From an uncultured delta proteobacterium (GTDB lineage: Bacteria; Myxococcota_A; Polyangia; Haliangiales; Haliangiaceae), in assembly GCA_963743525.1 (NCBI GenBank), contig CAVUQH010000003.1, positions 1,152,001 to 1,216,000 on the forward strand: a stretch of DNA of 64,000 bases, in the 5' to 3' direction. Made by a program: the position numbers and the translations under genes. Positions 36,699 to 46,545 of this stretch are shown here, in pieces (the first letter of the stretch is position 1; every line of letters starts with the position of its first letter). Below the pieces are notes generated by a model. The model saw only the letters and a list, made by a program, of their open reading frames with translations, had not been told where the DNA came from and did no database searches.

Positions 36699-37532
36699 CT
36701 ACACGAGCTCGTCGAGCAACTCGACCACGGCACGGGCGTCGGGCGCCCAGTGGTCGGCACCGAGGGCGCGGGCGGCGTCGGCATCGGCAACGGCCGCCCC
36801 GCCGACGAACACGGGGGCCACCCCGACGGCCTGCACCGCCTGCACCGCCGCCCGAGCGCCGTCGAGGTTGTCGGCGACGGTGAGGCTGATGCCCACGGCC
36901 ACGAGACGACCCGTCTCACGAACGGCGTGGGCGAAGGAGGCAGCCGGCACGTCGGCGCCCAGGTCGTGCACCTCGAAGCCGGCCAGGCGCACCACCTCGG
37001 CCACCAGCCGGACGGGCAGTGAGTGCTGCTCACCGGGAGCGGCACCGATCACGACGGCGCCCCGGCTCACGCCCCGACGAGCGAAGCGGGCGGCGAGCAC
37101 CGCCAGCACCTGCGACATGATCACCGCCGCACGGTGCTCGACGCTGACATCGACCCGCCCCTCGGCCCAGCCCTCACCGACGGCGGACATGGCCGGCCCC
37201 ACCACGTCGACGTACACGTCGACCGGTTCGGCGCCCGCGGCGAGCGCACCCTCCAGCACCCCGAGCGCACCCGCACGGTCGCCGGCCAACAGCCGTCGCT
37301 CGAGACGACGCGACCAGTCGGCCTGACGCCGGGGAACCGGATCACCTGCGCCGCCCGAGATGCGCTCGCGCTCGGCGCGAAACGCCTCGAGGTCCTCACC
37401 ACGAACGACCCACGACCGCCCCTCGCGATGAGCGGGGAGCAGACCGAGCCGCACGTAGCGGTAGGCGGTCATGTAGTGGACGTCGAGCGCGTCGGCAGCC
37501 TCCTGGAGCGTGTACGACTCGCCGTCGGTCAT
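36699..37532 (-). CDS. excisionase-type HTH plus B12-binding regulator (CarH-like)
   Basis: TLQEAADALDVHYMTAYRYVR; W-x9-EH; PGEQH; DLGADVP; VGG. Confidence 0.85.
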   Translation of the reverse strand: MTDGESYTLQEAADALDVHYMTAYRYVRLGLLPAHREGRSWVVRGEDLEAFRAERERISGGAGDPVPRRQADWSRRLERRLLAGDRAGALGVLEGALAAGAEPVDVYVDVVGPAMSAVGEGWAEGRVDVSVEHRAAVIMSQVLAVLAARFARRGVSRGAVVIGAAPGEQHSLPVRLVAEVVRLAGFEVHDLGADVPAASFAHAVRETGRLVAVGISLTVADNLDGARAAVQAVQAVGVAPVFVGGAAVADADAARALGADHWAPDARAVVELLDELV

Positions 37533-37548
37533 CCCCCCGACTTTAGCG

Positions 37549-37854
37549 CTAAGCCTCGGCGAGTGGTTCGTCCGGATAGAAGCGGAACAGGTTCTCGATG
37601 ACCTCGGTCAGACCCTCGCCGGTGGAGCCACCCGACAGCCGCACCGTGATCACCGAGGAGTTCACGTGCACGGACTCGACCCCGCCGTGCTGGAGCAGGA
37701 GGCGGGCCAGCCGATCGACCGGGCGATCACGCACGATGTCGTCGAGTGACGAGTACCGCTCGTGGCCCATGCCGGTGAGGCTGCGGTTGATCTCGAAGCG
37801 CACCACGTCGGGTTTCGACGAGTGCTTCTCCACGACGGTCACGCTCTGTCCCAT
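37549..37854 (-). CDS. NifU N-terminal-like domain protein
   Basis: VRFEINRSLTGMGHERY, GGVESVHVNSSVITV. Confidence 0.65.
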   Translation of the reverse strand: MGQSVTVVEKHSSKPDVVRFEINRSLTGMGHERYSSLDDIVRDRPVDRLARLLLQHGGVESVHVNSSVITVRLSGGSTGEGLTEVIENLFRFYPDEPLAEA

Positions 37855-37911
37855 GCGAGGCGGCATCGTATCCCCCACCCCACGCGGGCACGAAGCTGCG
37901 ATGATCTGGTC

Positions 37912-39127
37912 ATGGCGACCGAGACCATCGAAGTCCACGGCCACATCGTCGACTCGCTCATCCTCGCCAAGATCCTCGACACCATCGTCGACGCCGGCGC
38001 CGACTACGAACTGCTCGACGTCCAGATCGGCAAGACCAACCGGGACACCTCCCGCGTCCGCATCGCCGTCACCGCCGACGACGCCCACCTGCTCGAGGCC
38101 CTGCTCGACGACCTGCGGGTGCACGGCGCCAACCGGATCGTCCACCGCGAGGCCCAGCTCGAGCCGGCCGAGACCGACGGCGTCCTGCCCGCCGGGTTCT
38201 ACTCGACCACCAACCTGGACACCGACGTCCTCGTGGGCGGCACGTGGAAACAGGTCGAGAACCCCGAGATGGACTGCGGGCTCGTGGTCCTCCCCGACGG
38301 GCGGGTGCGCAGCATCCCGATGCACCGCGTCCGAGCCGGCGACCGCATCGTGGTGGGGCACGACGGCGTGCGCGTCCACGCGCCCGACCGTCTCGAGATG
38401 CCGGGCGGCTTCGAGTTCATGGGCGTCGGAGGTCTCCTCGGAGAAGCCCAAGGCCCTGCTGATCCGCCAGGTCGCCGAGCGCATCCGTGCCGCCCGCGAC
38501 GACGGCGGCAAGGTGCTGCTGGTGGCGGGCCCCGCCGTCATCCACACCGGCGCCGGGCCCGACATCGCCGCGCTGGTCGAGGCCGGCTGGATCCACTGCC
38601 TGTTCACCGGCAACGGCTTCGCCACCCACGATCTCGAGTCCAACGTCCTCGGCACGTCGCTGGGGATCGGGGTCGCCGACGGCGTGCCGGTCGAGGGCGG
38701 CCACGCCAACCACGTCCGGGTCATCAACGAGATCCGCCGGCACGGCTCGATCGCCGCCGCGGTCGACGCCGGCTTCGTCGACGGCGGCGTCATGCACGCC
38801 TGCGTCCGGGCCGGCGTGCCGTTCGTGCTCGCCGGCTCGGTCCGCGACGACGGGCCGCTGCCCGACACCATCACCGACGTCGCCGCCGCCGCCGACGCCA
38901 TGCGCGCCCAGGTCCCCGGCATCCGCGTGGCGCTCATGCTGGCCACCACGCTGCACGCCATCGCCACCGGCAACATCCTGCCCGCGTCGGTCGAGACGTT
39001 CTGCGTCGACATCAACCAGGCGGTGGTCACCAAGCTGGCCGACCGCGGGTCGCACCAGGCCGTCGGCATCGTCACCGACATCGGCGTCTTCGTCCGCCAA
39101 CTCACCGACCTGTTGCTCGACCGGTGA
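37912..39127 (+). CDS. TIGR00300 family protein (AgrE C-terminal-like ornithine cyclodeaminase), one frameshift
   Basis: GHIVDS, GFYSTTN, EMDC, SEVSSEKP, GPAVIHTG, HDLE, LAGSVRDDGPLPD, KLADRGS. Confidence 0.9.
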
Positions 39128-39137
39128 GCGCCCGGCG

Positions 39138-39975
39138 ATGACCGCCCTGCCGTGGGGCCGGCGCTACCTGCTGTGCCCACCCCGTCACTTCGGCGTGCTC
39201 TACGAGATCAACCCCTGGATGCAGCACGGCGTGGTCGTCGACGACGGACGTCGCCGTCGGCCAGTGGCAGGCACTGCGCGGCACGCTGGTCGAGGCCGGC
39301 GCCGAGGTCGACACCATCGACCAGCCCGAGGGCGTGCCCGACCTGGTCTTCACCGCCAACGCCGGTCTGGTCGACGCCCGCCGGCGGCGCTTCGTGCCCT
39401 CGCACTTCCGCCACCCCGAGCGGCAGCCCGAGACCGAGGTGTTCGCCGACTGGTTCGCGGAGCGCGGGTGGGACGTCGACCGGCTGCCCGACGACGTCGA
39501 CCACGAGGGCGCCGGCGACGCCCTGCCGTTCGGCGACGTGCTGGTCTCCGGCTACCGGCCCCGGTCCGACGCTGGCGGCGGCGGCCGAGCTGAGCGAGAC
39601 TCTTCGGCGTGCCCGGTGCGCGTCCTCGAACTGGTCGACGAGCGGCTGTACCACCTCGACCTGACGTTCTGCCCCCTCGACGACCGCCGGGCGATGTGCG
39701 CGCCGCTCGGATGGGACCGCTACGGCCGCCGGGTGGTGGAGTCACTGGTCCCCGAGCCGCTGTGGCTCGAGGACGACGAAGCGCTCGCCTTCTGCGCCAA
39801 CTCGGTGGTGGTCGGCGACGTCGTGGTGATGCCCCACTGCCCACCACGGGTCGGCCGGCAGCTGGAGGCCTGGGGGTTCTCGGTGGTGGTGTGTCCGGTC
39901 GACGAGTTCCTGAAGGCGGGCGGCGGCGTCCGCTGCCTCACACTGGCGCTCGACGTGACCCTGGGTCGGGGCTGA
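39138..39975 (+). CDS. amidinotransferase-superfamily hydrolase, arginine dihydrolase-like (frameshifted)
   Basis: YEINPWM, PDLVFTANAG, HPERQPE, EGAGDA, YHLD, EFLKAGGGVRCLTL. Confidence 0.88.
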
Positions 39976-40378
39976 TCGCCGCATTCACCGGGCGGGGCGT
40001 GCCGTGCGCCGTCCGATCGGCCCAGACCGCCAGGCTGATGGACACGATCGCCAGCACCGTGTGCACAGCCACGAAGGCGGCCTCGTGCCCGTTGCTGGCG
40101 ATCTGCACCGAGCGCACCACCCAGACGCCGGTGGTCCACACGGCGAAGGCCCGCACCAGGGACGGGGCCCACCGTGGCGCCGGCCGCCGCCGGGCACGGG
40201 CCCACAGCACCAGGGCGGCCACGGCGAACACGGTGAACGACAGCGCCAGCGCGGTGCGCCAGACCTGCCCGCCGGTGGTCAGTGAGTCGTCGGTCCAGAT
40301 GTTGCGGATGCGGGTGGTCCACACCAGGACCGTCCACGCGGACAGCACGGCGGCGGGTCGGAGCCGACTCGAGGTCAT
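39938..40378 (-). CDS. four-TM membrane protein
   Basis: WTVLVWTTRIRNIW, AFVAVHTVLA. Confidence 0.7.
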   Translation of the reverse strand: MTSSRLRPAAVLSAWTVLVWTTRIRNIWTDDSLTTGGQVWRTALALSFTVFAVAALVLWARARRRPAPRWAPSLVRAFAVWTTGVWVVRSVQIASNGHEAAFVAVHTVLAIVSISLAVWADRTAHGTPRPVNAAISPDPGSRRAPV

Positions 40379-40434
40379 GCCCCGCGACGGTACCGGTGGC
40401 GGCAGTGCCGATCCCATCGGCCAGACTGGCCGCC

Positions 40435-40815
40435 ATGGGAGCAGTGGCCGTGAGCCAGGGGCGCGGACGCCGGGTGGTCGTCGTCGACAACGACCCCGAG
40501 GCACTCGACCTGGCCTGCACCGATCTCCGTCTCGAAGGTCACGACGTGGTCGGCTCCGGGCTCGACGGCACCACGGCGCTGCGCCTGGTCGACGAGCTCG
40601 ACCCCGACGTGTTGGTGGTCGACCACCGGATGCCCCCGGGCCCGTTCGGCCTCGAGGTCGCCCGCCAGGTCACCAGAACGCATCCCCAGGTGCGGGTGAT
40701 CGTCTACAGCAACTACCAGGACGCCGAGCTGGTCCTCGCCACCCGCGCCACCGGGGCGGTCTTCCTCCCCAAGGGCAACCTGCGGCGCCTGCGCCGGGCG
40801 GTCTCGGAGGCGTGA
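40435..40815 (+). CDS. single-domain response regulator
   Basis: VVVVDND, VVDHRMPPG, FLPK. Confidence 0.85.
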   Translation: MGAVAVSQGRGRRVVVVDNDPEALDLACTDLRLEGHDVVGSGLDGTTALRLVDELDPDVLVVDHRMPPGPFGLEVARQVTRTHPQVRVIVYSNYQDAELVLATRATGAVFLPKGNLRRLRRAVSEA

Positions 40816-40844
40816 CGATCTGACGGCCCGCTCGGGCCGGCGAC

Positions 40845-41198
40845 TCAGACGACCTCGGACAGGGTCGCCGTCAGCTCGAAGACCTTGTCCTTGGACAGGC
40901 AGCGCTTGACGCCGATCTGCTCGGCCTCGCTGCGAGCGTGGTCGTCGAGGAAGGCCGAGAACAAGATGATGGGCGTGTCCGGGTGGGCACGGAGGATGCG
41001 GTCGGCGACCTCGAGCCCGTTGAGGTCGGGCATGCGGTAGTCGAGGACGATGGCATCGGGGCCGAGCTCGTCGAAGAGGGTCAGCGCCTCTTCGCCGCCG
41101 GCGGCCTCACCGACGACGGTGAACCGGGGCTCGGCCTGGAGGACGCCGCGAACCAGCAGCCTCAGGTCGGCCTCGTCATCCACCACCAGCACTCGCAC
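40845..41198 (-). CDS. single-domain response regulator
   Basis: VLVVDDE, VLDYRMPDLNG, LSK. Confidence 0.88.
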   Translation of the reverse strand: MRVLVVDDEADLRLLVRGVLQAEPRFTVVGEAAGGEEALTLFDELGPDAIVLDYRMPDLNGLEVADRILRAHPDTPIILFSAFLDDHARSEAEQIGVKRCLSKDKVFELTATLSEVV

Positions 41199-41419
41199 GT
41201 CTTGGCGCTCCAACGTTCCTCGCGTCCTCGTCGGTCGACACATCCGGACCCGACACCCAGCCGGCACGTCGCCGACAGCGGACATTCCTACCACCAAGTG
41301 CACGAACACTGACACATCTGTCAGCAAACGGTGCTCGCCAGATCGAGCACGACACCGCATCATCCCCGTGGATCGGGCAGCATGGTCGGTGGTCCCCACC
41401 CGGGATCGACGAGGGAGGA

Positions 41420-43464
41420 ATGGGCATCACCGCGGAAGCAGCCGAGCGTCGACTGAAGCCGGTCCGGATCCTGGGGGCGTGTGCAGCGGCCGGTCTGGTC
41501 GCCCTGGCGCTGACCGCCGGGACCGCCATCGCTCGCGCGGACAAGCGCAACGTGGCCGTCGACGTCACCGACGAGGCCGCCTCCGTCGAGATCGCCTTCG
41601 ACCGCGCCGCCGCGACGCTGCTGGACGGTGTGCCCCCATCGGCGCTGTCCTACGCCACCCGAAGCTCGGCGGAACAGGGTGGCGGCGTCCCCGGGTTCAC
41701 CGAACAGACGCTGCTGCGCGCCGACTCGGTCAATCGGCCGCCCGCCTGTGCCGTGGACACCGATCCACTGGGTGTCGGCGATCTGCCCTCGCAGGCGCCC
41801 GTCCGCGCCGCGCTGGACGTCGCTCGTGACGGCGCCGAGCTGGTGGTCTCGGTGCCCATCGCAGCCGAGGACGCCACCTACGCCATCGCCGTCGTGCCGC
41901 TCTACCGACCGCAGGGCGCTCCGCTGTCACTGCAGGCGGGAAGCACCGTGCAGGATCGACGGTGCGCGATCGCCGGCTGGTGGCTGGGCCGGATCGACAC
42001 CGCGTCGCTGCTGGCGCAATCGCTCGCCGCCGCCCACCGCACGGACCTCGCCGCCGTGCTGGCCGACGGCGACACGGTGCTGCAGGCGAACGGCGAGCCG
42101 CGCTTCGCCGTGCCGCGAGGAGCAGATCGCTGCGTCTCCGCGGACCTGGACGCTGCTCGTCGGCGCCACGGAGGCCCCGGGCGCGCCGGGCACGGCGTGG
42201 GCGGTCGGTGCCGCCGGCGTGCTGCTCGCCCTGGGTGTGGTCGGGCTCACCTGGTGGTCGGACCGCCGACGCCAGCAGCTGACCGAGGCCCACCGCGACA
42301 CCCGGTCACAGCTCGCGCTGGTCACCGAGATCGCCCCGGTGGTGCAACAGAGCCTCGAGCTGGCCGACGTGCTCCCCACCGTCGCCCTGCGTCTCATGGA
42401 CGACCTGGGGCTCGGCGGGGTCACCTGCTCGCTGGTGGGCGACGAGGGCCGGCCCATCGACCTGTTCTCGGTCGGCACGCCGGTCGACCGCGGTGCCACG
42501 GTCCGCATGTCGGTACCCGATCAGGTCGAGGCCGGGCAGACGCTGGCCCTGGCCCTCCAGCGTGGTGGCCGCTCGGTCGGCGTGCTGCGGGTGCGTGCCG
42601 ACCGCGCCCTCGGTGCCGTCGAGCTCGGGTCGCTGGCGGTCGTCGCCGATCTGGCCGCTGCGGCCATCATCAACGCCCGCCTGTTCGAGCAACAGCAGGA
42701 GGCGGTGGCCCGGCTCCAGCAGGTCGACGAGCTCAAGACCGTCTTCCTGGGCACGGCCAGCCACGAGCTGCGGACGCCGGTGACGGCAATCGTCGGCTTC
42801 GCCCACCTGCTCACCGAGGGCTGGGACACGTTCAGCGAGTCCGACCGGCTGGAGTACACCCAGCGGATCGCCCGCAACGCCCACGCCCTCGACCGTCTGG
42901 TGCAGGACCTGCTCGACTTCGCCCGCCTGGAGCGAGGCGGCCTGCGGACCGGACCACGACCCCGTGGATCTGACGGTCGTGATCCCCCAGGCCGTCCGCG
43001 GGATCGAACCGGCCCATCCCGACCACCACCTCGAGTACGAGGTCGACGACGGCGCGGTGATCCTCGGTGACCGCAGCGGGGTCGAGCGGATCGTCAACAA
43101 CCTGATCTCCAACGCCACCAAGTACTCCCCCAGCGGGACCACGGTGCGGGTGAGCGTCCGCTGCGTCGACTCGACGGTCGAGCTCGTCGTCGACGACGAG
43201 GGGCCAGGCGTGGCCGATTCCGATCGCGAGCGCATCTTCAGCCGCTTCTACCGGGGCGCCGGCGAGGAGGTCGTGCGCACCCGTGGGGCAGGCATCGGCC
43301 TCAGCGTCGTGCAGGAGTTCGTCGAGCAGATGGACGCCGACATCAGCGTGGCCGACGCGCCCGGCGGCGGCGCCCGGTTCCTCGTCCGCTTCCCGGCTCT
43401 CGAACGCACCGAATCCGACCCCGCCCCCGTCCAGGAAGGCAGTGTCCATGTCCCCCGCACGTGA
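41420..43464 (+). CDS. sensor histidine kinase, CHASE-like plus GAF (frameshifted)
   Basis: VPLYR...TVQDRR, SHELRTP, NATKYS, DEGPG, GAGIGL. Confidence 0.88.
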
Positions 43465-45136
43465 ACGGGTGATCGCCATCCTCGTGGTGGCCACCATCGC
43501 CATCGCCGGCATCGTCACCCTCGTCCTGCTCACCGACGCCCGCAACAGCGGCGTCGAGGCGCTCGAGGCATCGCAGACCTCCGAGGTGCTGGCCACCGCC
43601 CGCACGTTGGACGCACGCCAGGCGAATCAGATCGGTGGTGCCGGCCCGCTGTTGCGGAGCTTCGGCCTGGACTTCACCCGCGACGGTGACGACCAGAAGC
43701 AGCTCGACAGCCTGCTGGAGCTCTTCGGTGGCTCGCTGAAGACCGGGTTCTTCCTGGTCGACACCGAAGGCACGATCACCGCCGCCGCCAACATGCCCGG
43801 CGGTCCACGCGGGTTCGTGGGCGCCACATACGAACGTCCCGGTTACTCCGACCTCATCGGCCGGCCCGGCTTCTGTGGCGGGATCCTGCCAGTCGGGGAG
43901 GGACTGTCCACCGACGTCCCCACCACGGCGGTGGTGTACCCGGTGCGGAACAACCCGAATCCCAGCAATCCCTGCGATGGGCCGATCGACGGCTACTTCG
44001 TCCTCGAGAACGCCGTGACCCCCGACGACCCCACCAATGACGAGATCGCCCAGCTGCCGTCGGGTGAGACCGACGTCTGGCGGTTCGTCGACAGCAACGG
44101 CACCGTCATCGCCTCGAGCCGGCCCGGTGAGGTCGCCCAGCCGCTCGCCGACGCCCGGCTGCGCGAGCTGCCCGAAGGTTTCCACCGCCTCGGCGACCGG
44201 GTCGTCGTCTCCACGAAGCTGAAGATCTCCGGGTCCGGGTGGCAGGTGATCTTCACGCAGGACGCAGACGAGTTCCAGGAGGCACTCGCCGGTCCGCTCC
44301 AGGACGCGGGCATCCTGCTGGTCCTCGTCCTGCTGGGCATGGGCGTCGTGATCTCGGTCATGCTCGTCCGCCAGCTGCGCAACGCCCGGGCCGAGCAGCG
44401 ACGCCTCCGCGAGCTGGCCGAGGCGCAGGAGGAGTTCGTCAGCATCGTCTCCCACGAGCTGCGCACGCCGGTGGCGGGCGTCCTCGGTTTCCTCCAGACC
44501 GGGCTCGACCACTGGGACGCGCTTTCGGGCGACGAGCGGCGCCACACCGTCACCCGGGCGATGTCCAGCGCACGGCGGCTGCAGGCCCTGACACGCGACG
44601 TGCTCGACGCCCAGAGCGTCGAGACCGGCACCCTCACCTATGCCTTCGACGACGTCGACCTCCGCGACGAGGTCGCCACGGCCGTCACCGCCGCCCAGGC
44701 GGTCCACGAGCATCGGCGCTTCGAGATGGAGCTGCCCACCAGCCCGGTGCACGTGCGTGCCGACGCCGACCGGCTCCAGCAGGTGCTGACCAACCTGCTC
44801 GACAACGCCCACAACAACTCGCCGCCCGACCTCCCCATCGTCGTGTCGCTCGAACCGTCCGGAACCTCGGCTCGGGTGATGGTGCGCGACCAGGGCCCGG
44901 GACTCGATCCCGAGTCGGCCGAGCGGATCTTCGAGAAGTTCGTGCGCGGACGCTCCAGCTCGGTCACCGGGACCGGCCTCGGGCTCTACGTCAGCCGGCG
45001 CATCGTCGAAGCCCACGACGGCCACATCTGGGTCGAGTCCGGGGCCGACGAGGGCGCCCGGTTCATCTTCGAGCTTCCCATGGTGCCCTCCGGCGCTGTG
45101 CAGGCCCCCGGCGCGCCGGTTCCGAACCCCAGCTGA
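43448..45136 (+). CDS. sensor histidine kinase with Cache-like extracellular domain
   Basis: Intact; two TM; SHELRTP, NLLDNA, DQGPG, GTGLGL. Confidence 0.92.
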   Translation: MSPARERVIAILVVATIAIAGIVTLVLLTDARNSGVEALEASQTSEVLATARTLDARQANQIGGAGPLLRSFGLDFTRDGDDQKQLDSLLELFGGSLKTGFFLVDTEGTITAAANMPGGPRGFVGATYERPGYSDLIGRPGFCGGILPVGEGLSTDVPTTAVVYPVRNNPNPSNPCDGPIDGYFVLENAVTPDDPTNDEIAQLPSGETDVWRFVDSNGTVIASSRPGEVAQPLADARLRELPEGFHRLGDRVVVSTKLKISGSGWQVIFTQDADEFQEALAGPLQDAGILLVLVLLGMGVVISVMLVRQLRNARAEQRRLRELAEAQEEFVSIVSHELRTPVAGVLGFLQTGLDHWDALSGDERRHTVTRAMSSARRLQALTRDVLDAQSVETGTLTYAFDDVDLRDEVATAVTAAQAVHEHRRFEMELPTSPVHVRADADRLQQVLTNLLDNAHNNSPPDLPIVVSLEPSGTSARVMVRDQGPGLDPESAERIFEKFVRGRSSSVTGTGLGLYVSRRIVEAHDGHIWVESGADEGARFIFELPMVPSGAVQAPGAPVPNPS

Positions 45137-45164
45137 GCGGCAAGTCCCCGTCCGCGCCGGTCGA

Positions 45165-45638
45165 CTACGACGAGCCGCGCATCGCGTGCACCCGCACCGC
45201 CACGTCGTCGGGGATCGGCACCGGGGGTTCGGTGATCTCTTCGTCCTGGTCGTGCCGGTTGCGGTGGGCCACGCGCGATCCGGCGAAGGCGATGCCGAAG
45301 ACGAACGCGCCGAGCACCACGATGCCCACCAGGATCAGTCCACCGCCGAGCAGGGCGCCGACGGCGACGAGCAGGGCACCGCACACCAGACCCACCCACG
45401 GAAGGACCGAAGTCTGCTTGGTCGGGACCACGTCGGCTCCGCTGCGGGTGCCCTGGAACCGGCGCCGGACCCGGGCCTCGAAGACCTGCTGCGACAGCTC
45501 GTCAACGAGCTCGGCGCGGCCGTGCTCGATCTCGGCCAGGAGTCGGTCGATCTCGGCCCAGTCGTCCGGGCGGAGTCGCAGCGCCGGCACCTCGCCGAGC
45601 AGCCGCTGCAGCTCGGCGTCTCGATCGGCGCCGCTCAT
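45165..45638 (-). CDS. two-TM membrane protein, unknown function
   Basis: MSGADRDAELQRLL...; ATGA overlap with rnhB. Confidence 0.7.
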   Translation of the reverse strand: MSGADRDAELQRLLGEVPALRLRPDDWAEIDRLLAEIEHGRAELVDELSQQVFEARVRRRFQGTRSGADVVPTKQTSVLPWVGLVCGALLVAVGALLGGGLILVGIVVLGAFVFGIAFAGSRVAHRNRHDQDEEITEPPVPIPDDVAVRVHAMRGSS

Positions 45639-46380
45639 CCGAAGAGCGTGCCCTGGTTCGGATCCGCCCGCAGGTGGCGGGGCACGAGTCGTACGGCGCC
45701 GGCCCACGGCAGGTGCTCCATGAACACCCACGACCGGCGATGGATGGCCGAGGGACCGACGCCGGCGAGCGCCGTCTTGTGCCGCGGGCACGGGTAGCCC
45801 TTGTTGGTCTCGAAGCTCCACCACGGGTGGGCATCGGCCTCGGCCCGCATCATGCGGTCGCGGGTCACCTTGGCCACGATCGACGCGGCGGCGATGGACA
45901 GGCAGGTGGCGTCGCCCTTGACGATCTTGCGGAGGCGTCGTCGGGACGAGGCCGCCGCCGACGAAGTCCCAGTTGCCGTCGACCAGCACGTGGTCGGGCG
46001 CCACGCCGAGCGCCCTCGAGGGCACGGCGGGCGGCCAGGCGCTGGGCCTCGGACATGCCGAGCTCGTCGCACTCGTCGGGCCAGGCGTGGCCAACGGCCC
46101 AGGCATCGGCCCAGTCGACGATGCGCTCGTACATGACCTCGCGCTCGGCCTCGGTGAGCAGCTTGGAGTCGCGGACCTTGGTAGCCGCTTGTCCTTGGGG
46201 ATCACCACCGCACCCAGCGTCAGCGGCCCGGCCCACGCGCCGCGTCCGACCTCGTCGATGCCGACCACGATGTCGTCGCCCGTCGGCCCACAGCTCGCGC
46301 TCGATGCGGGTGCCCGGCGCCTTCTTCTTGAGGCTGGGCCGCAGGGTCGGCGCCGTGGTGCGCGTGGCGGGCGGGGACAT
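45635..46380 (-). CDS. rnhB: ribonuclease HII (frameshifted)
   Basis: GIDEVGRG, DSK, VDG, IAAASIVAKVTRD, KGY, HRRS. Confidence 0.92.
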
Positions 46381-46396
46381 CGCCCGCGACGCTACG

Positions 46397-46483
46397 TCAG
46401 CGGACGGTGCCGGCCATCACCACCGCCGGCATCGGCAGCACGATCTCGTCCTCGACGACGAACGCCTGCGACTCGCAGGCCGC
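46397..46483 (-). pseudogene. 3' fragment of a lost gene
   Basis: AFVVEDEIVLPMPAVVMAGTVR-stop with coding-like codons; in-frame TAA upstream. Confidence 0.35.
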
Positions 46484-46545
46484 TTACCGGGCACGCCGGT
46501 GGGCCGACCTGGTGGGTGGTCGGCTCATCCGGCGGTCGGGGGGCG

